From a virus: DNA of 64,000 bases. Both the position numbers and the translations under genes were made by a program. The stretch spans positions 32,001 to 96,000 of IMG/VR virus record IMGVR_UViG_3300042934_001067. One strand, written 5' to 3'. Under the pieces are notes generated by a model, which was given only the letters and a program-made list of their open reading frames with translations, made no database searches and was not told where the DNA came from. Shown in pieces: positions 27,768-36,805 of the stretch (the stretch's first letter is position 1; every line of letters begins with the position of its first letter).

Positions 27768-28357
27768 GACTGCTCCCCCACTTCGGTGCGGCGCAGAGCG
27801 CACAGGATGCACTCGCAGGTGTCCGGGTCGTGCCCGGCCGCCTCCGTCGCGTCCACGATGGCATCCCAGGCGGCGGCGACCGCCTCGGAGTTGCCAGGGG
27901 CGTCCGGCCGGGCCCGGTGCTCGGTCTGGGCGTCGCGGTAGCGGGCGGCGAGCCGCTGGGGGGCCTGCGGGTAGTCCACCCGCTCGAACAGCCTCCACCG
28001 GCCGTCCTCCCACTGCTCCACCACGGCGGCCACCTCATCGGTGACACCCGCCTCCGCTCCCCGGCGGCCGAGCGTCACGGCCTCGTACGCCGCGCGCTGC
28101 GACCGGAACGCAGTGGTGGGCAGCACACCCCGGGAGGTGTGCTTGGTGACGCACCACGGCTTGGACGGCTTGTTCATCGGCGTGAACTCCTGATCCTGCT
28201 TCGGGCAGTGCCGGGCATCGAAGTAGGCGGCGGCTCCCCGCCAGTCGGTGGGCATGTCGCCGGACGGCTGCGTCTCCCCGGGGAAGCGCTCCTCGGCGGG
28301 AGCCTGCCTGCGGGAGAGGCCCGCGAGCGCGGCGGCCCGCCGGTCGGCGAGCGTCAC
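27764..28357 (-). CDS. Hypothetical protein
   Basis: Coupled; C-terminal CECILC. Confidence 0.65.
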   Translation of the reverse strand: MTLADRRAAALAGLSRRQAPAEERFPGETQPSGDMPTDWRGAAAYFDARHCPKQDQEFTPMNKPSKPWCVTKHTSRGVLPTTAFRSQRAAYEAVTLGRRGAEAGVTDEVAAVVEQWEDGRWRLFERVDYPQAPQRLAARYRDAQTEHRARPDAPGNSEAVAAAWDAIVDATEAAGHDPDTCECILCALRRTEVGEQS

Positions 28358-28686
28358 TGCTGCTCCTGGGCGTGGAGGGCGGCGCGGGCGGTGATGAGGC
28401 GCAGCCGCGCGCGGATGGCGGCCTCGCGGGTGTTGTGGCCGGTGGCCTTGCGGCCGAGGTTGACGCAGTCGACGGCGAGGGCGGTGAGCGTTTCCATCAC
28501 GGGCGCGGTGGCGTCGAGGGTGAGGAAGTAGCCGATCCGGCGTTCGGTGCGCCGGGCGCGGTGCAGGGCGGCCCGGACGTCGTCCAGGGACGGGGAGGGG
28601 CCGAGTCCGGCGAGGGTGGCGGAGAGCCAGTCGGCGAAGCTGCCGGGGAGCTTCACGGTCGCGGTGGGCGCGGTCGGGGTGCTCAC
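28354..28686 (-). CDS. Hypothetical protein (paralogous to a domain of 31941-33197)
   Basis: V.LP..F..W motif; GTGA overlaps. Confidence 0.7.
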   Translation of the reverse strand: MSTPTAPTATVKLPGSFADWLSATLAGLGPSPSLDDVRAALHRARRTERRIGYFLTLDATAPVMETLTALAVDCVNLGRKATGHNTREAAIRARLRLITARAALHAQEQQ

Positions 28687-28943
28687 TGGTGCTCCCGGGG
28701 CTCGGAGAGAACGACCAGGGTGCGGGTGAGGGCGTAGCCGTCGGTGCGGGGCGTGCCGTCGTCGTGGACGGGGCTGGCGTGGAGGTCGGCGACGAGGACG
28801 ACGCACCCGGCGCCGCTGTCGCGGTCGGCGGCGTCGGCGGTCGCTGCGCCGGGTTCGTACGCGGTGATGCGGATGCGGGCCGGGCCGAGCGGGTAGCGGG
28901 CGCACGTTCGGTAGGTCTGTCCGGCGGCGATGGTGTGGGGCAT
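28683..28943 (-). CDS. Hypothetical protein
   Basis: GAGGAG SD; I.AGQTYR. Confidence 0.7.
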   Translation of the reverse strand: MPHTIAAGQTYRTCARYPLGPARIRITAYEPGAATADAADRDSGAGCVVLVADLHASPVHDDGTPRTDGYALTRTLVVLSEPREHQ

Positions 28944-29024
28944 CAGGTGCTCCTCTTGTGGTCCTCGTGGCGGGTCGAGGGGCCGCACCCCGGCATCGGC
29001 GGGCGGGGCGCGGCCGTGGGCAGG

Positions 29025-29960
29025 CTACTGGTAGGGGGCGGGGCGGTCGGTGGCGGGGGCGTGGCCGTCGTCGAGGATGATGCGCCCGGCGAGGCTGGTG
29101 ACGATCCATGCGGTCTGGTCGGTGGGCCAGCCGTCGGTGCTCCAGCGGCCTGCGCTGTCCTTGTGTGCGGCGGCGGCGATGCCTTCCAGCTCCCGGGCGC
29201 GGCGGCGGGCGGTGGCCTGGTCGAGGCCTGGGCCACGGGCGGGCAGGCTGGCGAGGTACGCGGTGGAGGCACGCTCCTGGGGGTCGGGGTCCGGCTCGGG
29301 GATGTTGGCGGGCATCCGCCGGTACGTGCCGTCAAGGCCGAGCACCAGGGCCTCACCGCCGTGCTCGGCGACCAGGTAGCCGTGCTCGGTGCGCTCCTGC
29401 GGGCCCTCGGCCCATGCGACGTACGTGCCGAGGGGCGTGGCGGGCTGCTCCTGGGCGTCGTCGGTCTCGTCATCGTCGTGGATGCCGGGGGCGTTGTCGG
29501 CCGGAGCGGTGTACCGGGCGGCGGGCGACTCGAAGGGGGGCGGGATGTCGGCGGGGTCGATCGACTCGCCGTAGCCGGGCGAGTCACCGAGCGGGCGGTA
29601 CGGGGCGGGGTCGGTCGCGGGGCGCTCCTGGTCGGCGGTCGAGGGTGGTTCGGCTTCGAACGCGATGCGGTCGAGGGGGTAGACGGTCCATCCGGCGGCG
29701 GTGAGCTGCTCGCGGGCGGTGTCGACTGCGGCGGGGTCGTCGGTGATCTGGACGGTGGAGACGTACAGGCGACCGTGAGAGACCTGGGCGCGCACGGTGG
29801 GGGTGATCTCCAGGTATCGGCCGTCGGCGGTCGGCTGCACGCCGAGGAGGGGCGCGGCGGCGGTGATCAGGGTGCGAGTGCGCTCCTGGCGCTCCTCCTC
29901 GGTGAGGGCGCGCCAGGCGTCGAGGTCGGGCCAGTGGGCGGGGCGGCGAGGGGCGGGCAT
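29025..29960 (-). CDS. Hypothetical mosaic protein
   Basis: AGGAG SD, strong C3 bias. Confidence 0.7.
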   Translation of the reverse strand: MPAPRRPAHWPDLDAWRALTEEERQERTRTLITAAAPLLGVQPTADGRYLEITPTVRAQVSHGRLYVSTVQITDDPAAVDTAREQLTAAGWTVYPLDRIAFEAEPPSTADQERPATDPAPYRPLGDSPGYGESIDPADIPPPFESPAARYTAPADNAPGIHDDDETDDAQEQPATPLGTYVAWAEGPQERTEHGYLVAEHGGEALVLGLDGTYRRMPANIPEPDPDPQERASTAYLASLPARGPGLDQATARRRARELEGIAAAAHKDSAGRWSTDGWPTDQTAWIVTSLAGRIILDDGHAPATDRPAPYQ

Positions 29961-30001
29961 GTCGGGCTTCTCCTGGGCATGTGGCGAGCTGTCAGGGGCG
30001 G

Positions 30002-30040
30002 GGAGCGCCCGGCGGTCGGCGGGGGACTGCCGGGCGCTCC
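30002..30040 (-). repeat. Intergenic GGAGCGCCC...GGGCGCTCC hairpin
   Basis: Same arms recur at 30916-30955 and partly at 31583-31624. Confidence 0.65.
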
Positions 30041-30048
30041 TGCGGGCG

Positions 30049-30468
30049 TCAGGCGGCCGGGATGGTGTGCTCGGCGAGCCGGGCGACGTACTGCCGTCCG
30101 GTCTCGCGCATGGTGTTGGCGTGCGGGGTGACGGGAACGTCCGCCTTGCAGCCGGGGCAGGGGACGCGCTCGCCCTCGGTGTACGGGCCGGGGTCGGTGA
30201 CGTCGTCGGGGGCGGTGTGCGCCCAGCCGTGCGGGGCGTACCAGCGGGACACGGTGCCGCCGCTCTTGGGGCAGGGTGCGGCGGGCGCGGTGCTGATCAT
30301 GTAACCCTCCAGCGCCCACTGCTGCGCGGCGGCCATGATCGCTTCCGCTGCCGTGTAGGGGTCGGTGGTGTGGTCGTGGGCGTTCAGCAGGTTGTCGATG
30401 ACAACGGCGCGCAGGCGCTCGCGGGATGCGGCGCGGGCGTCGGCCTCGGTGTCGGTGATCGTGCTCAT
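30049..30468 (-). CDS. Hypothetical Zn-ribbon protein
   Basis: CP.SG...VPCPGC...LAEH. Confidence 0.7.
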   Translation of the reverse strand: MSTITDTEADARAASRERLRAVVIDNLLNAHDHTTDPYTAAEAIMAAAQQWALEGYMISTAPAAPCPKSGGTVSRWYAPHGWAHTAPDDVTDPGPYTEGERVPCPGCKADVPVTPHANTMRETGRQYVARLAEHTIPAA

Positions 30469-30507
30469 GTCGGGCGCTCCTGGGGTCTGTGACGGATCGG
30501 TGGGCGG

Positions 30508-30873
30508 TCAGTCGTCGGGCCAGCCGTCCCAGGCGGGGCGGTTGAGCTGGACGGAGAAGGTGTACGCGCTCTCGTTGGCGCTGACCTGGCGGACGATCGG
30601 GGCGTATTCCAGGGCGGCGAGGAACTCACAGACGGTGAGGCTGGCGTGCGTGCTGTCGTCGGCGGTGTGGTCCAGGGGCACGAGGGGCTCGCCGGGGTGC
30701 CGGGGCCACTGGAAGGCGCCGAGCACCTCGGCGCGCACCCATGTTCCCGGGCGCTTGGGCATGGTCGGCTGGGCGCGGACGCGGATGACGTCGGCGGTGT
30801 CGGGGGCCAGGGCGCGCAGCGTGTCGACTTCGGGGGTGCGGCGGGGCTGGTCGGGGTGGGCGTGCGGTCCCAT
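30508..30873 (-). CDS. Hypothetical protein
   Basis: GAGGAG SD. Confidence 0.7.
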   Translation of the reverse strand: MGPHAHPDQPRRTPEVDTLRALAPDTADVIRVRAQPTMPKRPGTWVRAEVLGAFQWPRHPGEPLVPLDHTADDSTHASLTVCEFLAALEYAPIVRQVSANESAYTFSVQLNRPAWDGWPDD

Positions 30874-30915
30874 GGGCGGCTGCTCCTCGGGTCTTTGGCG
30901 GGCGGTGAGGGGGTC

Positions 30916-30955
30916 GGAGCGCCCCGGGGGCCGGGCTGGCCGTGCGGGGCGCTCC
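30916..30955 (-). repeat. Intergenic GGAGCGCCCC...GGGGCGCTCC hairpin
   Basis: 11-bp perfect arms. Confidence 0.65.
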
Positions 30956-30964
30956 TGGGGGCGT

Positions 30965-31159
30965 CTAGCGGCCGAGGGGGGCGCCGTGGTGGAGGCGGGC
31001 GGCGGCCCCGGCGCGGTGGGCGCCGATGGACTCGCCGTAGGTGCCGACTCCCCCGGCGGGGTACAGGCGGCGCTGGACGGGGCCGACGCGGCGGGGGTCG
31101 TATCCGGCGGCGTAGGGGCGGAGGGTGTGTGCGCGGGCGGCCTTGATGGTCTGTCGCAT
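30965..31159 (-). CDS. Small basic protein
   Basis: AGGAG SD. Confidence 0.6.
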   Translation of the reverse strand: MRQTIKAARAHTLRPYAAGYDPRRVGPVQRRLYPAGGVGTYGESIGAHRAGAAARLHHGAPLGR

Positions 31160-31197
31160 GGCGGTGTGCTCCTGGGGTGTGGTCGGTGGGTGGGTGT

Positions 31198-31545
31198 TCA
31201 GGCGCTGTCGCGCCACTCGTGGACGGTGACGACGTTGACGGGGCGGCCGGTGTAGCCGAGCCAGTTAGCGGCGAGTCGCGCGGCCATGGCTTCGGTGGAG
31301 CGGGTGATCGTGTGGGTGTCGGCGGTGTCGTAGTCGTTGACCGCGTCGAGGGTGGCGCGGCGGGTGCCGCCGGTGATGTGCCACTGGGGCTCGCGGTCGC
31401 GGGCGGGGGCGCGGTCGGCCGGGGTGATGACGTTCATGAGTCCGGTGAGGCGGGTGCCGTCGCGGCGGGTCCAGACGATCTCGACGCGGACGGGCGCGGG
31501 GGTGGTGTCGGTGGCAGGGGCGGGCTGGCCGAACGTGACGGTCAC
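31198..31545 (-). CDS. Hypothetical protein (paralogous to C-terminus of 31941-33197)
   Basis: WT......G...A.AA...GYTG.PV. Confidence 0.7.
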   Translation of the reverse strand: MTVTFGQPAPATDTTPAPVRVEIVWTRRDGTRLTGLMNVITPADRAPARDREPQWHITGGTRRATLDAVNDYDTADTHTITRSTEAMAARLAANWLGYTGRPVNVVTVHEWRDSA

Positions 31546-31633
31546 CGGGGCTCCAGTGGGTCTAGGGCGGGCTGGCGGGCGGTCGGTGGGCAGCCGGGGC
31601 CGGTGGGGTCGGCCCCGGCGCTCCTGGGGGTGT

Positions 31634-31849
31634 TCAGGCGGGGGTGGCGGTGGGGCGCTGCTCCTCGTGGTGGTGGCACGGGGTGCGGTCGTCGTTGTGG
31701 TGCCAGGTGCCGGACGCGTGGGGGATGTCGGGGCGGCTGTAGGTGACGTCGCGGGCGGCGCGGCAGATGCCCCGGGCTCCGTTGGCGGGGCGGGCGGGGG
31801 TTTCGGGGAAGCTGCGGGGCTCGGGCATGTGGGTGAGGGGCTGGGCCAT
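31634..31849 (-). CDS. Small hypothetical protein
   Basis: AGGAG SD. Confidence 0.55.
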   Translation of the reverse strand: MAQPLTHMPEPRSFPETPARPANGARGICRAARDVTYSRPDIPHASGTWHHNDDRTPCHHHEEQRPTATPA

Positions 31850-31940
31850 GGCGGGCGCTCCTGGAGGCTGTGTGCGGGCGTGTGGCGGGTTATGGGGGCC
31901 CGGCCGGGGTGACGGTCCGGCCGGGCCCGTGCGGGGCGGT

Positions 31941-33197
31941 CTAGCGGAGGGTGAGTCGCTGGCGGCCGGTCTGCTCGATGGTGACGGGGCCGGTGTATCC
32001 GGCGTGGCGGGCGCAGTCGGCGGCAAGGGCGTCGAGTCCCCAGGCGCGGGCGATGCGGCGGGCGGGGCCGACGTCGGCGGTGGGGTCGTGGGCGATGTGG
32101 TCGGCGAGGGCGCCCCGGGCGGGGGTGGCGTGCTCGATGTGGGTGATCTTGTAGGTGGTGCCGTTGGGGAAGCTCACGACGCCGTTGTGGTGGCCGCGCA
32201 CGGTCTTGGTCCAGTCGACGCGGGCGGTGACGGGGGCGGGGCCCTCGGGGGTGTCGGCGGGGGTGGTGACTTCATGGGAGTCGGCCCACACCAGGGCCGG
32301 GCGGCCGGGGACGCGGATGCCGATGCGCTGGGTGCGGATGCCCTGGCGGGCGTGGGCGGTGGTGGCAGCGCGCAGGGGCCCGGCGGTTTCGACGATGCCG
32401 GTGTACTCCTGGCCGCGCACGGTGGCGGTGACTGCTGCGCCGACGGGGACGGTGATGTCGCGGGGAGCGGGGGTGTCGTCGTCCTGGGGGGCCGTGGCGG
32501 GCTCCTGGGGCCCCTGCTGCGCCTTGTGGGCGGTGAGGGCGGTGCGCAGCTTGGTGAGGGCGGTGCGGGCGCGCTGGGCGGTGGTCTGGGCGGCGTCGAG
32601 TTCACGGGCGGCGGCGGGGTCGCGGTCGGCCTCGTCGGCGTTGGAGTCGGCGAGGGTCTCGGCGTACTCGGTGATCATCTTCAGGACCGTGGGGCTGCTG
32701 GTGGTGATCTTGGCGGAGTGGCCGTGGGCGGTCTTGCGGAGGGTGGCGGCTTCGTAGGCGAGGCGCAGGGCCTTGCAGTCGGGGTCGTTGTCGTCCTGGC
32801 CCTCGACGAGGTTGGTGCCGTCGAACCATGCGCAGAAGTCGGCGGGGAGGGTGACGGACACGGTGGGGGTGGCGGGCACGGTGGGCTCCTCGTGGGCGGG
32901 GGCGGGCTTGCGGGTGATGTAGACCATGGCGCAGCCGTGGTAGTCGTCGGGCAGTGCGGAGTAGTCGGAGCACACGGGGACGTACTCGAAGGTGTAGCGG
33001 TCGCCGAGGGCGCTGGTGATCTTGTTGAGGGCGGCGCGGTCGTCGTCGTCGCTGAAGTGGTTCAGGGTGATCACGGCGGGGGCGTCGAAGGTGATGACGT
33101 CCCATCCGTTGGCGGCGCTGCGGTGCTGCTTGCCGAGGATGCGGCCGACCATGCGGCTTACGTCGCTCTTGCGGAGGGGGGCGGCGGTGGTGGTCAT
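31941..33197 (-). CDS. Mosaic multidomain hypothetical protein
   Basis: GAGGAG SD; first gene after promoter copy 2. Confidence 0.75.
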   Translation of the reverse strand: MTTTAAPLRKSDVSRMVGRILGKQHRSAANGWDVITFDAPAVITLNHFSDDDDRAALNKITSALGDRYTFEYVPVCSDYSALPDDYHGCAMVYITRKPAPAHEEPTVPATPTVSVTLPADFCAWFDGTNLVEGQDDNDPDCKALRLAYEAATLRKTAHGHSAKITTSSPTVLKMITEYAETLADSNADEADRDPAAARELDAAQTTAQRARTALTKLRTALTAHKAQQGPQEPATAPQDDDTPAPRDITVPVGAAVTATVRGQEYTGIVETAGPLRAATTAHARQGIRTQRIGIRVPGRPALVWADSHEVTTPADTPEGPAPVTARVDWTKTVRGHHNGVVSFPNGTTYKITHIEHATPARGALADHIAHDPTADVGPARRIARAWGLDALAADCARHAGYTGPVTIEQTGRQRLTLR

Positions 33198-33236
33198 CGT
33201 GGGCTCCTCGGTGCGTTCTCGGCGGGGCGGAGCCCC

Positions 33237-33266
33237 AGCCTAATGCACATCGATATGCATGGGGGC
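33237..33266 (-). promoter_or_regulatory. Promoter with palindromic spacer, copy 2 (poor -35)
   Basis: GCCCCC-ATGCATATCGATGTGCAT-TAGGCT. Confidence 0.75.
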
Positions 33267-33277
33267 GGGAAGGGCCC

Positions 33278-33369
33278 AATCAAATCAAGTCAACGGAATC
33301 CGCACCCCTAGGGGCGAGCCACAACGGATATCGTGGCTCACCCCTAGCGGGTGCACAACGGAATCCGCA
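33278..33369. repeat. Origin-like locus: three CAACGGA direct repeats, ~21-bp-arm inverted repeat, AT-rich flank
   Basis: CAACGGAATCCGCA at 33291 and 33356, CAACGGATATCG at 33322; arms 33302-33322 and 33333-33354. Confidence 0.6.
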
Positions 33370-33370
33370 G

Positions 33371-35077
33371 CTACGCCACCCGGTCACCCGCCGGGCGCAC
33401 CGTGATCATGGTCCCGTCGGTCAACGTCACCCGCAACGCCCCCCGCGCGTGCCGGTGCACCGTCTGCCCGGTGCTCAGAGCCTGGGCCACGAACACCGCC
33501 ACGGCCTCAGCCGCGATCACGTCACCCCCCGCACGCTCCACCCCGGCCGCCGTGGTGACGCTCGCCGACCACACGGCCACCTCGCCCGCCTCACTCATCG
33601 CCCGATCCACCACAGGGCGCAGCGCCTCAACCCGCTCACCCGACCGGTTACACCCCACCAGCGCCCACACGCCCCCCTGAGCAGCCCCCCGGCCCTCCTG
33701 CGGCTCCACGGCCACACGCGGCGCTGCGAGGCGCTCCACGCCCCCCTGAGACGCCTCCACGGACGGCACCCGCCCCCGCCGCGCATCGAACATCCGAAAG
33801 TACTGCTGCGCCCGCCACAACGCCTCAGCCGGACCATTCCCCGACGCCACATCCTCACGGGTGACACCCCCGTACTGCTGCCCCTCCTGGGGCTCCTCGG
33901 CCGCCACAGGCGCGCTCACGGGCTCCTCGGCCGCCTCCAGGTTGCTGGACGCCGACCAGAAGCACACGACCACACGGCCACCCTCCTCGGCCACCCACGC
34001 CACACGCCAATACGCGTTGTCCCACCCCAGCACACGCGCACCCCCCACCACGAGCCGCGCCCCACGCTCCACACGGTTCACCCGCACCGTGGCAGCAGCC
34101 ATCCCGTCCGCGTCGGCCACCTCCCGGGAAAACTCCCTCAGCGTGTCCACGCCCCCACCCTGCCGCTCCTCCTCCAGCACAGCAGCGCAGTACCCGCACA
34201 GGTGACCGCTCTCCGTCTCACGGTGAGGCAAGGAGTCATCCCCCACAGCGTCACAACGGATACACAGGGGCTCCAGATGCGGGGCACGCACGTCAACCGG
34301 AAGAGCATCGCCATGGCGCGCACCGTCCGGCACGAACGTCACCCGCTCCACCCCGTCCGCGTGAACGAACCGATCCGTGATCTTCCCCTTACCAGCCAGG
34401 CACCGCGCACGCACCCCCGGCACCGCCCACACCGCCGGACGCTCCTTCTCCTGCTGCGCCCCCTTGGCCGCGTCAGCAATGGCGCGCCCCATGCGCTTCA
34501 CGTCCCCCTCAGAGACCTGGAACACGTCACGGGCGATTCGCTCCCCCTGCTGCTCCCTGTCCAGCTTGGCCAGGTACGCCCGACCCCGGTCGTTGATCAC
34601 CAGGTACGACAACCACGGGCCCGCATCCGCCGTGTCCGCCATGTCCCGGCGCAGAATGCCGTCCTGAGTACGGTCGTTGTGGTCGACCATGGTCATGCGC
34701 CCCTTGGGATCGGCCGCGCCCTTGCGGAGCAGCTCCACCATGGCGGGCGTCGGCTTGCGGGTGATCTCGACCGCCGGGCGCTCCTCCTGCTGCTGCGCCT
34801 TGCGGGCCGCGCGCTTCTGGGCGTGCGCGGCAACGGCCTCACGCGTCCAGTGCTCGTCGCCCAGGCGGAAGTAAGCGATGCGGTTGCGGACGAACCCGTC
34901 GGCGGCGACGTACCCGGCGCGCTCCCGGTCCCAGCGCCACGCGCTCTTCAGCGCCTCCATACGGTCGAACGCTGCGCCGACCGTGTCAAAGGTCTCGAAC
35001 TGGGGGCCGTCGGCGTCGGGGGTGATGAAGAGCTGTTCACCCTGGGCGTTGTAGGCGCGGAGTTCGGTGCGGTCCAT
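33371..35077 (-). CDS. Mosaic multidomain hypothetical protein
   Basis: GAGGAG SD; contains wHTH-like and CxxC segments; G/T-ending codons in the 3' two-thirds. Confidence 0.75.
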   Translation of the reverse strand: MDRTELRAYNAQGEQLFITPDADGPQFETFDTVGAAFDRMEALKSAWRWDRERAGYVAADGFVRNRIAYFRLGDEHWTREAVAAHAQKRAARKAQQQEERPAVEITRKPTPAMVELLRKGAADPKGRMTMVDHNDRTQDGILRRDMADTADAGPWLSYLVINDRGRAYLAKLDREQQGERIARDVFQVSEGDVKRMGRAIADAAKGAQQEKERPAVWAVPGVRARCLAGKGKITDRFVHADGVERVTFVPDGARHGDALPVDVRAPHLEPLCIRCDAVGDDSLPHRETESGHLCGYCAAVLEEERQGGGVDTLREFSREVADADGMAAATVRVNRVERGARLVVGGARVLGWDNAYWRVAWVAEEGGRVVVCFWSASSNLEAAEEPVSAPVAAEEPQEGQQYGGVTREDVASGNGPAEALWRAQQYFRMFDARRGRVPSVEASQGGVERLAAPRVAVEPQEGRGAAQGGVWALVGCNRSGERVEALRPVVDRAMSEAGEVAVWSASVTTAAGVERAGGDVIAAEAVAVFVAQALSTGQTVHRHARGALRVTLTDGTMITVRPAGDRVA

Positions 35078-35121
35078 CGTGGCTCCTCGTTGCTGCTGCG
35101 TTCTTGGCGGGTACTCCCGCG

Positions 35122-35151
35122 ACCCTAATGCATATCGATGTGCATTGGAAG
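35122..35151 (-). promoter_or_regulatory. Promoter with palindromic spacer, copy 3
   Basis: CTTCCA-ATGCACATCGATATGCAT-TAGGGT. Confidence 0.8.
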
Positions 35152-35314
35152 GCGAACGGCCAAGATCTCTCCCCCGGCCCCGCCCACGCCCCGTCGCTGC
35201 GCCCCGTCGGCCACCCCCTCACGCACGCACACGAGGCAGCGTGGGCCCGGCCCGCATTCGCACCCGTCCCCAGGGCAGTGAACCCGCCTTATATCTGTAC
35301 TAACCACTACATAA

Positions 35315-35349
35315 AGGCAGGGGCGGGATCACTGTCCCTGCCCCTGCCT
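35315..35349 (-). terminator. Hairpin followed by T-rich tract on minus strand
   Basis: AGGCAGGGGCAGGGA/TCCCGCCCCTGCCT then TTATGTA. Confidence 0.6.
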
Positions 35350-35478
35350 CCACTGCTCCCTGCCCCTGGGCTCAGCCGTCCGTCGGCCCCCAGTGGTGCC
35401 CCGTGTAGACGTGCCCCGGGTACCCCTCCTCCACCCTCCTGATATGCCCCTGGTGCGTCGTCGCTCCGCACTTACAGC

Positions 35479-35967
35479 TCATGCCGCCCCCTTCCGTTCC
35501 GTCTCCGTCTCCACCACGCCCACCGACCACGTCAGCAGATACACCCTGAACGCCTCCCCACTGTCCACCGTGCGCGCCTCCAGGTTCGCCCGTGCGGCCC
35601 GCTCAATAGGCTCCAGGGGTTCCGGGAACGTCCAATACCCGTCGAACCTCTCAGCGTCCGGGAAGGGGCTGTAGCGGTTGGGCTTGCTCCACACGTTGGC
35701 GCGGCCCTCAGTGCTGTACGTGAACACCCACTCCTCCCCCTGGGGCGCGGGCGTGCTCTCGTCGGCCAGGATGCTCGTGCGCTCCACCCGGTACAGCGCG
35801 TGGCCGATACGGTTGTCGGTGTCGGCGCGCTCCGCGTCTTCCCGGGAGTCGTGGACAAACCTTGCGAGGGGCGCGTGCCTGCCGTCGTCCGTGAGCGTGA
35901 CCAGTCCCCATGCGGATGAGGGGGTGTCGGCCCACACGTACCGCGTCAGCGTCTCCCCGGTGCTCAC
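35479..35967 (-). CDS. Hypothetical protein
   Basis: GTGA overlap. Confidence 0.65.
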   Translation of the reverse strand: MSTGETLTRYVWADTPSSAWGLVTLTDDGRHAPLARFVHDSREDAERADTDNRIGHALYRVERTSILADESTPAPQGEEWVFTYSTEGRANVWSKPNRYSPFPDAERFDGYWTFPEPLEPIERAARANLEARTVDSGEAFRVYLLTWSVGVVETETERKGAA

Positions 35968-36734
35968 CACTCCCACGTTCCGAACACGGTCTTCCCGTTG
36001 ACGCTGATCTCCATGGGCACCGTGCGGTCAGCGTCCTTGCGCGCCTCCGGCCCCTCCACGTCCACGCCGCTCGTGTCCACCGACACGCGCAACGCCCCGT
36101 CCTTGCGGTAGGTGTAGACCTGCACCGTGCCGATCTCGACGCACGGGCGGGTGTTCTCGTCGTGGGGGTTCTGCGGGAGGAAACGCGCGTTGAGGCTGGC
36201 GGCCGTGTCGAAGTCGGCCCCTTCGGGGGCGTGGTCGCCGTAGCCGTCCCACGGGGCGGGCAGACACTCGACACCCCCGTTGGTCAGCGTCTCGTCCAGA
36301 CGCTTCCATGCGGCGGCGAACGCGCTTCCCTCGGGCAGCTCTCCCACGTGGGCGCGCAGCACACGCAAGAGGTCATCGGTCCCCATCTCGTCCAGGGGCG
36401 TGGCGTCCACGTCGTGGCGCTCGATGATCGCCTGCAAGTTGATTGCCTTGATCGCTGCGGCGATGTCGAAGTCACCGACCGCGTCCGTGTAGCCGGGGTC
36501 CGTGTGGTGCATCCCGATGAACTCGTTTCCGGAAAGGGCGATCCCCTCGGGAAGGGCGTCGTCGATGGCGGAGCGGTAGTCGGCGGCGATCCGGTCGAAC
36601 GCGCCCGACTCCTCCATACGCTCGTGCCAGTCGCGCGGCGCGCCGTTCACCGCGTCAGCAATGCTGGCCTCAATGGTGACGTTGTCGCGGTCGCCGTGGT
36701 TGTTCCACGAGCCGTATCCGGTGGTGATCTGCAT
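35964..36734 (-). CDS. Hypothetical mosaic protein
   Basis: CCCGCCGAGGAG leader. Confidence 0.75.
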   Translation of the reverse strand: MQITTGYGSWNNHGDRDNVTIEASIADAVNGAPRDWHERMEESGAFDRIAADYRSAIDDALPEGIALSGNEFIGMHHTDPGYTDAVGDFDIAAAIKAINLQAIIERHDVDATPLDEMGTDDLLRVLRAHVGELPEGSAFAAAWKRLDETLTNGGVECLPAPWDGYGDHAPEGADFDTAASLNARFLPQNPHDENTRPCVEIGTVQVYTYRKDGALRVSVDTSGVDVEGPEARKDADRTVPMEISVNGKTVFGTWEW

Positions 36735-36805
36735 GGTGTGTCTCCTCGGCGGGATGAGATGCGGTGTGGTGGTGTCTGGTCTAGCGGACGGGTCTGACAG
36801 CGGGC

